64,000 nt of DNA, taken from contig NC_087437.1 in assembly GCF_036321535.1 (NCBI RefSeq), positions 105,712,001 through 105,776,000 of the forward strand, given 5' to 3'. The notes below the pieces were generated by a model. It was not told the DNA's origin. It saw only the letters and a list, made by a program, of their open reading frames with translations, and searched no databases. The position numbers and the translations under genes are program-made. The DNA is from Camelus dromedarius. Taxonomy: Eukaryota. Shown in pieces: positions 1 to 11,010 of this stretch; position 1 is the stretch's first letter; each line of letters starts with the position of its first letter.

Positions 1-247
1 ACCATGGTGAGTCACAGGCAAGTCCCTGCATGACAAGGGAAGGAAAAAGCTTTCATAGAGGGAAAGGGAAATTGTTAGAGATGTTGTAAACTAGGAGTCC
101 ATGGCTTTACATTGGCTAAGTCTTTCCCAAGATAGAAGTCTCTCTTCTTCCAAATGGGCTCTGTAATCATTGCAGGGAATGACAGCTCCCCCTTCTGGTC
201 TCCTGACTCTATTTAATTGAGGTTTCTGCTTTTTAATTTGTTTTGCA
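1..247 (-). mobile_element. ERV1-class 3' LTR (cut by window start)
   Basis: Aligns by eye to 9297-9548. Ends in ...TTTTGCA at 247 (TG start on minus) and abuts a polypurine tract. Confidence 0.85.
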
Positions 248-258
248 TTTCCTCCTTT
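248..258 (-). other. Retroviral polypurine tract (PPT)
   Basis: Minus strand reads AAAGGAGGAAA immediately before the TG of the LTR. Confidence 0.75.
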
Positions 259-609
259 GGATCAAGAACTTTCTTTGAAAGCATCAGTGATCAGGAGTCA
301 AGTTTTCTAGTTTCACTGGCTTTTTGTTTGTCCCTTGGTGTCAGGAAGGACTTTTCCTGGATGTAGTGGTTAATGTCAGAGGGAAAATGCACAATGGAAG
401 ACCTATTGAAGTCACATTTCTGTAGCAAGAGGGGTAAGAGGGAAAACTCTTAAGATAATTTTTATATAAAATTCTCATGTTATCAAGATCATAGACATTG
501 GAGGTGATCTGAAGCCCTATATCATCATTAAAGATGTGGCAACAAACTTCCAATAGACCAGATCCAGATATTTTTGAAAAGTTGCCTCATCTGATGTCAT
601 CTGCTTCAA

Positions 610-925
610 TTCTGAGAAATCTTTGCTTTCAGGTCACCAGATCGTGTGCAGTTTCAGTCAGGATTCAGTGGGTTTTTTAGGTGTGTCACTCAAGAGTCTG
701 TTCCTTGGAGTTGGTAGCATAGGGTTGGTTAATAGTACCTGATAGAAGCCTCTTCAGCAACATTAAAGAGACTTCTTCTGGAAGTGTCATTGCCAATAGA
801 GAGAATCTCCAGGTTGCAAGGTGTAATGCTTAGGGCCTTCATCTCCCAAAGACACACTGTGGAAAGATTGCTTTACCAAAGCATGGGTTATTTTTAATAG
901 ATGCAATTAGGCCTTCACAGTATAC
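610..925 (-). pseudogene. pol: ERV pol remnant: integrase C-terminal (GPY/F) region, with stops and frameshifts
   Basis: Minus-strand translation across frameshifts: YCEGLIASIKNN...HYTLQPGDSLYWQ*HFQKKSL*CC*RGFYQVLLTNP...LQGTDS*VTHLKK. This matches the class I ERV integrase motif LQPGDxVYWK..SL.P.WKGPYQVLLT.P.A.KLQG.DSWIH..HLKK. Confidence 0.85.
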
Positions 926-1159
926 TTTTTTATCTACTGCCTGTATGCAGCACGTTTTAGAGGAAAATTTCAGAACTTTATTTAGAGATTTATATAATAC
1001 AACTTGAAGGGAGGCCCTACTTCTTCTAAACAGAAAAAAGTCAGTCAGGTAACATCTCAAGTTTTCTTGCAGTGATGAAATTTCCTCCCTTTTACTTGTA
1101 TCTTGAAAAAGTGACTCAAAAAAGGTTCATGTGCAAGAATAAAAACATATGAAAGAAGA

Positions 1160-2500
1160 GACACGTAGGCAGAATGAATGGAACTTACATTACCAATTAT
1201 TAAATATAAAATAAATCTATAATAATTAAAATAGTATGACATCTATTTTGGCAGAACATTCAAATGAAGGACTAACTGAAAAGAAGACATACCTTAAAGC
1301 TAGAGCCTAGGACATACAAAACTAGAATATAGTGAAAGAAATATTACAATTAAGAATTTTAAAAAGGAATTACTCAGTACATGACTTTAAAAGGGTTGGG
1401 GAACTGGGATTGAGGAGGAGGAAGAGTTGGGTAACTGGGGTCGGGGGTGGAAGAACAAGTGAGATCCTCACTTACAATTGTACAATACTGCAGAAAATAA
1501 GACATGAGATCTGGGTTCAGATCCCATTCCCATGGTGTCCTCACTATGCAACCTTGAAAAGACTGATGAACCCTCCAAGCTGCAATTAAGAGTTATAAAT
1601 TTCTGGTATAATTGTTAAGTTTCAGATTTTCAATGCCTAAAAAACAACAGCATGGTTCCTGGCACATAGAATGTGCTTTTATATGACGGCTAATTTAATA
1701 TAGTTAAATAAAATTACAAAAAGTTCTACAAGAAATTTTAGGTTAGCATGTATCTGAACATGGCATTTTAAGGTATGAAGATAACCAAAGCATAGAGATA
1801 AAAGGATCAGATTAGGCCATACAAAAATTATATGCAAATTTGAAGGGAAATATGTAGGGCATCATCTGAAAAATGTACCTAAAATCAAAATAGAAAAATG
1901 TGCAGAGCTGGATATAATTCTAAAAAAAATTAAGTAGAAATAAAAAAATTTATCTCATCAAATTTACAAAGTTTAAAAAAAAATGCATGCTTATAACTAT
2001 AGGCCAAGGCACTCTAAAATCAGCATTCTAGTCTTGCTTGTGGGAAAGTTAATTGGTAAAAACACCCTGGAAATCTTCTGCTAAAATATACCCCACATCT
2101 TAAAAGGATCTTGCCTTTTGACATACTTGAACATAAGAATTTCAGTTACAAGAATACATCCCAAGAACGTAATCAATATTTGGACTGATAAACTGCACAT
2201 ATAGTACAAATTTTTATTACAGAATTACTTGTAATGGCAGAAACCTGGAAATATTGCTTAAAGTCTAAACACAAACGGAAGATTCAATAAACTCAGGAGT
2301 AGATTCAGGATGATGGTACTTAAATATGGTGAGCAGGAGAGAGGACTTGGGGAGAGAGTATACAACTAAATATAGCTTATTGTCAGTGAAGCTTTTGTTT
2401 TTGTATGTGGATTAATGGCTGTTTAGTACATTATTAAAAATACATACATATATACGTGAAACATAACCTCCATGCATGGACAAATAGTGAAATTCTGCCA
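1160..2500 (+). mobile_element. Highly decayed ancient L1M (L1ME-like) fragments, with a MIR/L2-like piece at ~1500-1690
   Basis: A-rich sequence with degenerate L1 ORF2/3'UTR phrases (cttacattacc...aaaatagtatg; aattggtaaaaacaccctggaaa). Confidence 0.45.
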
Positions 2501-2567
2501 TGGACTAACAATATAATATATCCAGTTCAGAGCAATGAACCCCCAAACAAGCTAGACAGGTAGATAT

Positions 2568-2726
<159 letters not shown>

Positions 2727-2809
2727 GGGATAAATATATATATAAATATAGTCTAAAACACACATACATATATCTGTGCATATATATATATATATTTGTT
2801 TATATGCAT

Positions 2810-3803
2810 ATACTTCACAATACAGCACTGGAAAATACAATTTTTAAAATCATTTAGAATAGCATCCAAAATCATGAAATACTTAGAGGTAAATTTTACA
2901 AAAGGTGTACAAGACCTCTAGAGGGAAAATTATAAAACAAAACTGGGAGGTATAAAAGAAAATCGAAATAAATGGAAACTTTGACAATGTTTAATGACTG
3001 GAAGACAATATCATTATGACTTCAGTTCTTTCCACATTTATCTATGGATGCAATTCAATCCCAACTCAAACACCAGCAGATTTTTAAAAATAAAAATTGA
3101 TAAGCTGGTCCTAAGATTTATATGGAAACTCAAAGCTCTTAGAATATCCCACACAACTTTGAAAAGATCACATTTGGAGAAATTACACTAACTGACTTTC
3201 AGATTTTTAAATAAAGCTAAAGTAGTCAAGTCAGCACTGTACTGGTTAAATAATTGATAAAAATAGATCAATGGTACCAAATAGAAGTTCTAGAAATAAA
3301 CCGAACTTATATGATTTTGTAGTTTTTTCACAAAGATGCCAAAGTAAATGTAACATAATTTTTTTTCAAAAAATGATGTTGAAAGAAGTGGATATGGAGA
3401 AAAAGGAACCTAAACCCTCACCTGACATCATACACAAAAATTATTCCAGGAGAGATCTAGGCATAATCAGAAAAACTAAGGTTATATAGCATCAGAAGAA
3501 AACCTAAGAAAATAACTTGAGGAAGTTGGGGGCCTACATAAATTTGTTAGAGAATCCGGAGAAAACACAAACCACACACACACACAAAAAAATTTTGATA
3601 AATTGGACTTCATCAGAATCAAAACTTCTGCTCATCCAATAGACATTGTTAATAAACTAAGAAAGCACGCCTCAAATGGGGGAAATTTTCATTTATATTT
3701 GTCAAGAGGTTTCTGTCAAAAATATTTTAAATACTGTTATAATTCAATAATATAAGTATAAACAACTAAAATATATATAAACAATTTTTAAAATGGGCAA
3801 AAG
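2810..3803 (+). mobile_element. Old L1M ORF2 fragment
   Basis: Degenerate ORF2 peptides (IDKLVLRFIWKLK) and 'gataaattggacttcatcagaatcaaaacttctgctc'; ends at 'aaatgggcaaaag'. Confidence 0.8.
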
Positions 3804-4772
3804 TCAAAATATCAATGGCATATTTTACAAAACGGGAGTAAATAATCTTAAAATTGTTATGGAACCACAAAAAATCCCAAATACACAAAACAACCTTGAG
3901 AAAGAAGAAAAAAAATCTGGAAGTATTATATTTCCTTATTTCAAACTGTACTACAAATCTCTAGTAATTAAACAGTATGATACTGGCACAAAAACATGCA
4001 CGTAAATTAATGGAACCGAATAGGGAGCCCAGAGATACACCCACAGGATTATATGATCAATGAATCAACGACAGTGGAGTCAAGAATGTACAATGGAGAA
4101 AAGATAATCTCTTCAATAAGTTGAGTTGAGAAAATCGAACATCTACAACGCAAGAGAATGAAATGGACCACATCCTTGTATCATTACAAAGATGAACTTA
4201 AAATGGATTAGCCTTAAATATAAGTCCTGAAACCATAAAACTCTTAGAAGACATAGGCAATAAACTCTTTGACATCAGCCTCAGTAATATTTTTTGTTTC
4301 TGTCTCCTCAGGCAAGGGTAACAAAAGCAAAAATAAATAAATGGGACTACATCAAATTAAAAAGATTTTGAATAGTAACAAAATCCATCAAAAGAAAAAA
4401 AAAAGGCAAGTTAGTGAATTGAAGAAGATATTTGCAAATAATATATCTGATAAAGGTTATATTCAAAACATACAAAGAACTAATACAACTCACTACAAAA
4501 AAAAAATCCAATTTAAAAATGAACTGAGGACCTAAATAGACATTTTTCCAAAGAAATACAAATACCTAACAGAGACAGGAAAAGATGCTCAACATCATTA
4601 ATCATCTGGGAAATCCAATCCAAAACCACACACAGTGAGATATCACCTCCCACTTGTCAGAATGGCTATTATCAAAAGAACAATAAATAACAAGTATTGG
4701 TGAAGAAAAAGGAACACTGGTGCACTGTTGGTGGGAATATAAATTGGTACAGCCACTATGGAAAACAGTATA
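3804..4772 (+). mobile_element. L1 ORF2 3' fragment (second, less decayed copy), truncated at both ends
   Basis: FKLYYKSLVIK-type peptides and 'ggtgggaatataaattggtacagccactatggaaaacagta'; joins ERV gag sequence abruptly at ~4772. Confidence 0.9.
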
Positions 4773-5309
4773 AGGAAAAGGAAGTAGGGAGACTTACAGA
4801 GAAAAGGGGAAGTTTGGCAAGTGAAGTAGAATGGGGGACTTGAGGGTGTAGAAGAGGACCGGGTGGCTGTGTAGAATAAAAGAAGGAAGATGACATTGAA
4901 GGTAGAGCCTGAGACAAAAAGCCAAGGAAGAAGAGCCTAAGACTTAGGGAGTCATTTATCTTTCTTTAATTGTTTGCCTCCTTTAATCTTAAAATTTTAT
5001 TTTGCAGAGTGGCAATTTTAGACTCTTAATAACACTGGGAAGTCTCAAAATACCAATTAAAATAAGTATTCCACTCGGTTCTGGAAATTTTTTGAGCGAT
5101 TGCAGTCCAATTCAGTTTTAAAGGAATTATGTTTGGGAATTTCAAATATTTCCCCTAATGGCCATTAGTGTTACAAATAGCCTTTGGTCATGTCTGTCCA
5201 TTTAGTTAAAAATGCACATGAGGGTAATCCATGGTTTTTAAGCATAAAATTGTCCAAATTTCCTGTTTGAAGGGGCACCCTCAAAATATTCAGATAAATG
5301 GGATCTCGC
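4773..5309 (-). pseudogene. gag: ERV gag N-terminal remnant (matrix + Pro-rich region), copy A
   Basis: Translation across frameshifts: SHLSEYFEG...FMLKNHGLPSCAFLTKWTDMTKGYL*H*WPLGEIFEIPK...ISRTEWNTYFNWYFE. This resembles gammaretroviral MA (WP..GTF, EW..Y..W). Homologous to 8150-8641. Confidence 0.8.
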
Positions 5310-5831
5310 TCCCTAGAGGTTATTCCTCTTGAGTAAAGAACAGTTTTAAAACAGCTCAAACAGCTCAATTCAAGCAGCTTGCAAGCCAATCCCTGCCAAT
5401 TCAAAACAAACAAGCAAAAAAACAAACTTGGTCTTGGAGGAGACAGGTCAAAGGCTTTTTCAGCCAGTTTCCAGAGAACAGCCCTTCAAAGGAGTAAGCC
5501 AAAGGCTGAACTAGTCCAGTTTCATTTGAAGCAGCCTCTTCCTGGAGGAAGTGGGCCAAAGACATTTTCAGCCAGCTTTGGTTGAAATAGTCTGGTTTTA
5601 AGATTAGACCGAGGTGCCAAACAAGTAGCTGTATACAGAATAAGACCTTAAACAGAAAGACAAAATCTTAAATAAATCCTCTATAAAGCCTGGAGAGCTT
5701 CCGGTGCAAAGATGCATGAGCTCAGAACGAGGAGAAAGATGTACCTTCAAACTCAAGGTCAGTGAACAAAGCAATGAGCCCAAAGGGATCAATCATGGGT
5801 ACTGTTCTTGGGGCCTGTGGGAATCTTCTCT

Positions 5832-5851
5832 GATCCCAGTACAGGCCACCA
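5832..5851 (-). other. Primer-binding site complementary to tRNA-Ile(AAU), copy A
   Basis: Plus strand gatcccagtacaggccacca vs tRNA-Ile 3' end gatccccgtacgggccacca: 18/20 identical; lies just inside the LTR end. Confidence 0.85.
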
Positions 5852-5854
5852 AAA

Positions 5855-5975
5855 CGTTGAGCTGAAACAAATAGACTGCCAGATATTTATCCAAAAATGG
5901 GTTTATTAGAGATTAGCAGAGAATTGCAATTCACAGCCTACAACAATGGCAAGCCAAACGCAAGTCCCTCTATAC
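5855..5975 (-). mobile_element. Partial ERV1 5' LTR (R/U5 part), copy A
   Basis: Aligns to 9206-9325 (tgaaacaa.tagact.ccagat...tttatt...agcagagaattgcaatt); AATAAA on minus. Confidence 0.8.
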
Positions 5976-6399
5976 TTCCTGAGAATAGTCTAGAACAGTG
6001 CTGAAGCTATCCTAGAAACCCCATAGTAACAGCCATACGGGGCCCAGAGGGCAACCTGCCCAGATGGAGCTGAGAGACCAAGAGTGCCAGAAGGGACTCC
6101 TCCAGAAAGATACGGATCCGAAAACTGATGTGTGGACAGGGTGGAAATTAAAACCAAGAAAGGGTTACAGGAATTGTAGTTTTTGCAATTACCATAGGTG
6201 CCTGGAAAAAAAAAATAAGGTAATTATTCACCGAAGAAAAATAATTGTGCAAAAATGCAATCATATCTATTTTGTCAGTGAAAAATATTTACATAATTGT
6301 AAAACCAACTTATCTGAAAACCTGGAGAAGTTATATTGGGAAAAAGGGGCATTTGTTTCTTGAGTTGAAGGTGCATTTTGGGAGGAACATCATGGTGCT

Positions 6400-6889
6400 G
6401 TCTAGTCCTTTCCTGTTATTGCTGTAGCAAATTACCCCAAACCCGGGGGCTTAAAACAACTTACATGTATAATCTTCCAGTTCTGGAGTTTAGAGGTCAG
6501 AATGGCTCTTACTGGGCTAAGATCAAGGTGTCGGGGGGCTGTCTTCCTTCTAGAGGCTCTAAGGGAATCTGTGTCCTTGCCTTTTCTGATAACTAGAAGT
6601 TGCCCACATGCCTTGGATTTTGACACTTCCCTCTACATTTCAGATGCATCACTCCAGTCTCTGCTTTCTTTGTCTCATCTCTGTTTTCTGACTCTTCCCT
6701 GATCCTTCCTTTAGAAAGACCTCGTGGCTATGTTGGATCAGCTTGGATAACCCAGGACAGTCTCCCTCATCTCAGGATTCTCAAATAAATCAAAACTGAA
6801 AAGTCTCTTTCATCATAAAAGGTGACATGCTCACAGGTCCCAGGGACAGGCTATTGTCATTTTGGGGGACCATTATTCTGCCAACTATA
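6400..6889 (-). mobile_element. MaLR LTR, MLT1D-like
   Basis: Typical MLT1 phrases: ggcttaaaacaac, gggctaagatcaaggtgtc, gggggaccattattctgcc. Confidence 0.85.
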
Positions 6890-8049
6890 AGAGCTAATGT
6901 GCTCAGTGGATGGATCAGGATATAGCCTAGAAGCACGTTATTTACAAATGCAGAGGTAAATTCCAGAAGTCACTAATAGGGCTGGTGGTGACTGAATCAG
7001 GGAAATTGGAGCCAGGGATGGAGGGACAAGGCCAGGGACGGCTGTTTTTACTGTCAGCCTGTGTGACTATTAAAAAGTTTAAACCACTTGTGTCTAATCT
7101 TGCAATAAAGAGTAAAATCCACTGTCAGGTAAACCATATCTAGTATCAAAATCTAGATGGAACCCTGGACTCAGTATTTAATACATGTGTCCTTATGCCC
7201 CCAAGTCTGCTGGGTGAAGAGCCGGGCGGGGGGGGGCTGCTGAGTCCACATGACCATGCTGTCATCTCACTTTCTTCTGCTCCATGAATTTTTTTCTTTC
7301 CAATCTTTCCAACAGGGTGTGAACAGACAGAAGGCAGGGTAGTTCTTGTGGCTTCTTGGGGCTGCTTCTTGCCTACATCTGTGTTTTACTTTGTTAGGGC
7401 CCATCCTTAGTCAGCATTCACTAAATGCTCGCAGAAAGGATGTGTGAACACATGTCAAAGAACAGAACTCGGAAAATTCTACCCAATGTTCCTTCTAAAC
7501 ACAAGGTTTCCCACATTCCCATCTCTGGTCCATATGAAGTCTTTTCTCGTATTTGCTGCAAAAAAAAAAAAAAAGAAGAAGAAGAAGAAGGAAAGATAAG
7601 AAGTTAGCATAAACCTAAATAAATTTTATTCAAAAACTATCCTCTATTTTGTCTTTTTTCTACTTAAAATTCCTTGTATAGAATAATAGCAATAATGAGG
7701 GTAGTTTGTTGCTTTCAATTTCTTATTTGACAATATGGAAAGTTGAGAACCCAAAATGCAGGACCCCTAGGTTTGGGTCACTTGTTGAAATTGTAAGGTC
7801 TGTGAAATTCAATCTGGAAGCATCTGATAAGAGGCTGGTTCTTGAGATCTCCATCCTTCCTGGGTTCCTGTTTCTCACTATATAGTTCCTTGTTCTGAGG
7901 TCACAAGTCCACTGCTCAGTTTCTCTCTGAGAAAATGACTTTTCTTGTGGTACCTTGTTCAATAATCATTTGGTGTATAAATAAATGAGTGAGGAGATGT
8001 CTTCAAGCTAAGAACCTGGGTAGATGAGAAGTCATTTTGAATAGTGCTT

Positions 8050-9205
8050 AAGAACCCAATTTTCATTGATCATAACACACAATTACCTATGCCAGGAACA
8101 TATGGACACTTGCATTTTAGAAATGGCTCCTGCCTTGTGCCTGAGAAGGAGTTTAGGAAGAGGGTACTGAACTTAAATCTGACCCTGAGGAACTGACAGA
8201 GAAAGACAAGGTGGCGCTGGAAGGGCGAGGCTGAGACAGAGAAGACAAGGAGAGCAGCCTGAGGCTTTGGGGGCCATTTTATCTTTCTTCAATTGTTTGT
8301 TTGCTTCAGCTAGTCTTATATCTCATTTTTCAGAATGACAAGTTTGGACTCCTAATAACTGAAGCCTCAAAATACCAATTGAAATAGGCACTTCATCAGG
8401 TTCTGGAAATTTTCGAGCAATTGTAGTTCAATTCATTTTTAAGAAAATCAAGTTTGGGAATTTCAAAGATTGCCCTAAATGGTATTGATAGTCTAAATTG
8501 CCTTTGGCCAGGTAGGTTGATTTAGTTAGAAATGGGCATGAGAAAGAACTGTAGGGTTTTTTTGGTTGTTTTTTTTAATAAAATCACCTGGAGCCCTTTA
8601 AAAGGGTTGCCCTCAAAGTACTTAGAAAACTGGGATCCCATGTTCATGATTTTTTCCTTCTCTAAATAACAATTTCCAAATAGCTCAAGCAGCTCCCAGC
8701 ACAAATGACTCAATTCAAACTTCTGCAAGCCAACCTCAGCCAATTCATAGGAAACAGCTTGGCCTTGGAATAGCGAGTCCAAAAGCTTTTTCAGCCAGTT
8801 TCCAGGGAATAGCCCTTCAAAGGAATAAGCCAAAATCTGAACTGGAACATTTTCATTTGAAGCAGCATCTTCCCAAAGAAACTGGGCCAAAGGCATTTTT
8901 CAACCAGCTTCAGTTGAAATAGTCTGATCTTGAGATCAGACTAAAGTGTCAAATGAGGACTGGTATACAGATCAGGACCTTAACCAGAAAGAGGAAAACT
9001 TTTAAAAGATCCTGAATAAAGCCTGGAGAACTTCAAATACAAAGAGGGCATGAACTCAGAACCAGGAGAATGAAGAATCTTCAAAGCACCGGATAGGAAA
9101 GAAAAACAGTGAGAGACAGAGTGCTCAGTGGTGCTGCTGTACATGTTTGGTCCTCAGCTCTGGAACCATTGAGAGTCTTTTCTGGTCCCTGTAGAAGCCA
9201 CCAAA
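8050..9205 (-). mobile_element. gag: ERV1 internal 5' segment, copy B: PBS (9184-9203), leader, gag matrix from ATG at 8641
   Basis: PBS ggtccctgtagaagccacca (15/20 to tRNA-Ile); Gag start MGSQFSKYFEG with myristoylation Gly2; colinear with 4880-5850. Lower boundary uncertain. Confidence 0.85.
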
Positions 9206-9548
9206 TTGTCAACATGAAACAAGTAGACTTCCAGATTTTTCTCCGGCAATGATGAGTTTATTGGGGATCAGCAGAGAATTGCAATTTGGGGTCTGCACAC
9301 ATGGTGAGCCATGTGCAAGTCCTTACATGTCAAGGGAAGGAAAACTCTTTAATAGAGGGGACAAGGAAGTTTGCAGGGAGGGCTACAGTAAACAGAGTCC
9401 ATGGCTTTTCATTGGCTGAGTCCTTGCTAGGAAATAAAATCATTTTTCTTCTTCTTGCTGGGCTCTGTCATTGTCACAGGGTGTGAGAGCTCCCCATTCT
9501 GGTCCCCTCACTCTATTCATTTGTGGTTTCTGTTTAGTAATTTTTCAC
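9206..9548 (-). mobile_element. Complete ERV1 5' LTR (~343 bp), copy B
   Basis: TG...CA termini, AATAAA on minus near 9260, PBS adjacent; homologous to 1-247 and 5855-5975. Confidence 0.88.
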
Positions 9549-9974
9549 AGCAGAACAGAATCTACTCTTAAAAGAAAATGAATAAAAAAATTTTCTCATT
9601 GGAAATTTGTCACTGATTTTATAGCTATTAATGACAGAATAAAAATTACACAAAAATGACTTCTCACAACATCATTAGGATGGTTATTAAACCAAATTCC
9701 TTCAGCACTGAACTCTGTTTTCAGTCTTCATCTTTCTAAGTGACTGCATAGCATTTTTTGAGATTGCTCTCTTTTTGCCTACTGGCTCTTTCAGAGAAAA
9801 CCAATTTTCTGTGTAAATTATACTTCAAAGTTGATTTTTTAAAAATTGTGCAAAACGGTTTAAATAAGTGTGTGTGCATATGTATTCTATATACTTAAAC
9901 TAAATTACTAAACATTTAACCCTCTTTTTCCTCCACATTTTTAATCCAGTTGGTCCTTTAGTCATCTCTTTTAA

Positions 9975-10200
9975 ATGACCCTCAGATACATCCTCTCCCC
10001 TCTTCACTCCTGTAGCTCCTTCTCACTCCATAACTGTCAACGTCATGCAGTTCACCCATTATTCTCTGTCATATCGAATCTATTTGTAAGGCTACTGCCA
10101 GACAAATTTGACTAAAATGCTCTTTTATCATTGAAATAACTTGCTTAGAGACTTATAAACATTGCCTATTTCCTTTCACATTGTCTAAAACTTGTTTTAC
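9975..10200 (+). mobile_element. L2 fragment
   Basis: Degenerate L2-like text (ctactgccagacaaatttgactaaaatgc...ttgcttagagactta). Confidence 0.4.
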
Positions 10201-10694
10201 TTTCAGAACTTAATCTCTACTTCAGAAAAAAAAAAAAAAATCCCTGTGCAAACCTTCTTCCTGAAGTAGCTTCCTCCTCTAAAACCACTAAATGTGCCTT
10301 TATTTGTGTGTGTGATGCTTTATACATATAATGCTTACAAATTAAATCTATAGCCTACATACAAATTTTCAGACCAAATTTTCAGTGCATTTCCTTGACA
10401 AAATGTGTCTCATTTTTTTCTCATAAAGTTAAGAGATGTAGCTCTTTTCCTGTTGTGCAGGTTTCCATGATGTCAGTGATCAGCTAGGGACCTGAAACTT
10501 AGAGGAGGCTTCCATTTTATTAAAATTGTGTAAATCACTAGCTTATTCACTAGTCTTTATTGCTCCCAATAATAACCACCAGCTCCTGACTCAATTTCTA
10601 CTCTAGCAGGTGGTGAATGTATGACGTTACACTTTGCTTAACACTTCCCTAACTCCTATTGTAACCAGGCCTCCAAAATGTAAGATTGGGGCAT

Positions 10695-10830
10695 TGATTA
10701 TTACTGTCTTCATTCTTTGGATCAGGAAGCAGAAAATCAAGAGACTGTGGCTTCCTCAAGTCCACAGGGCAGATAAGTATTAAAACTAGATCTTGTCAAC
10801 TCAGAAAATAGATCTTGTCAGCTCAAGTTC
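10695..10830 (-). mobile_element. MIR fragment ending in a ~22-bp tandem duplication
   Basis: MIR-core-like sequence; tagatcttgtca[a/g]ctca repeated at 10782-10826. Confidence 0.45.
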
Positions 10831-11010
10831 ACACTTTTCTTTTTCTCTTAAACAAATCTTACCTCTGTTGCTTCCTAAAAAACAAACCTAATATATGTTT
10901 ATTGTCCCTACAATCTGTTAGCCTCCTTTAGATGTTTGTGTTAGCATCTTTGCTATATTCCAAATAGGCCAAAAATAGTTTGGTTTTAAGTGATTTCCAT
11001 GACAACATAT

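Noticed and set aside
839..1060. KTCC resembling the Env TM CX6CC motif
   Set aside because: No upstream Cys or immunosuppressive domain, and it lies upstream of integrase sequence, the wrong place for env.
5832..5851. tRNA-Ile gene or tRNA-derived SINE
   Set aside because: Only the 3' 20 nt including CCA match, next to an LTR; this is a PBS.
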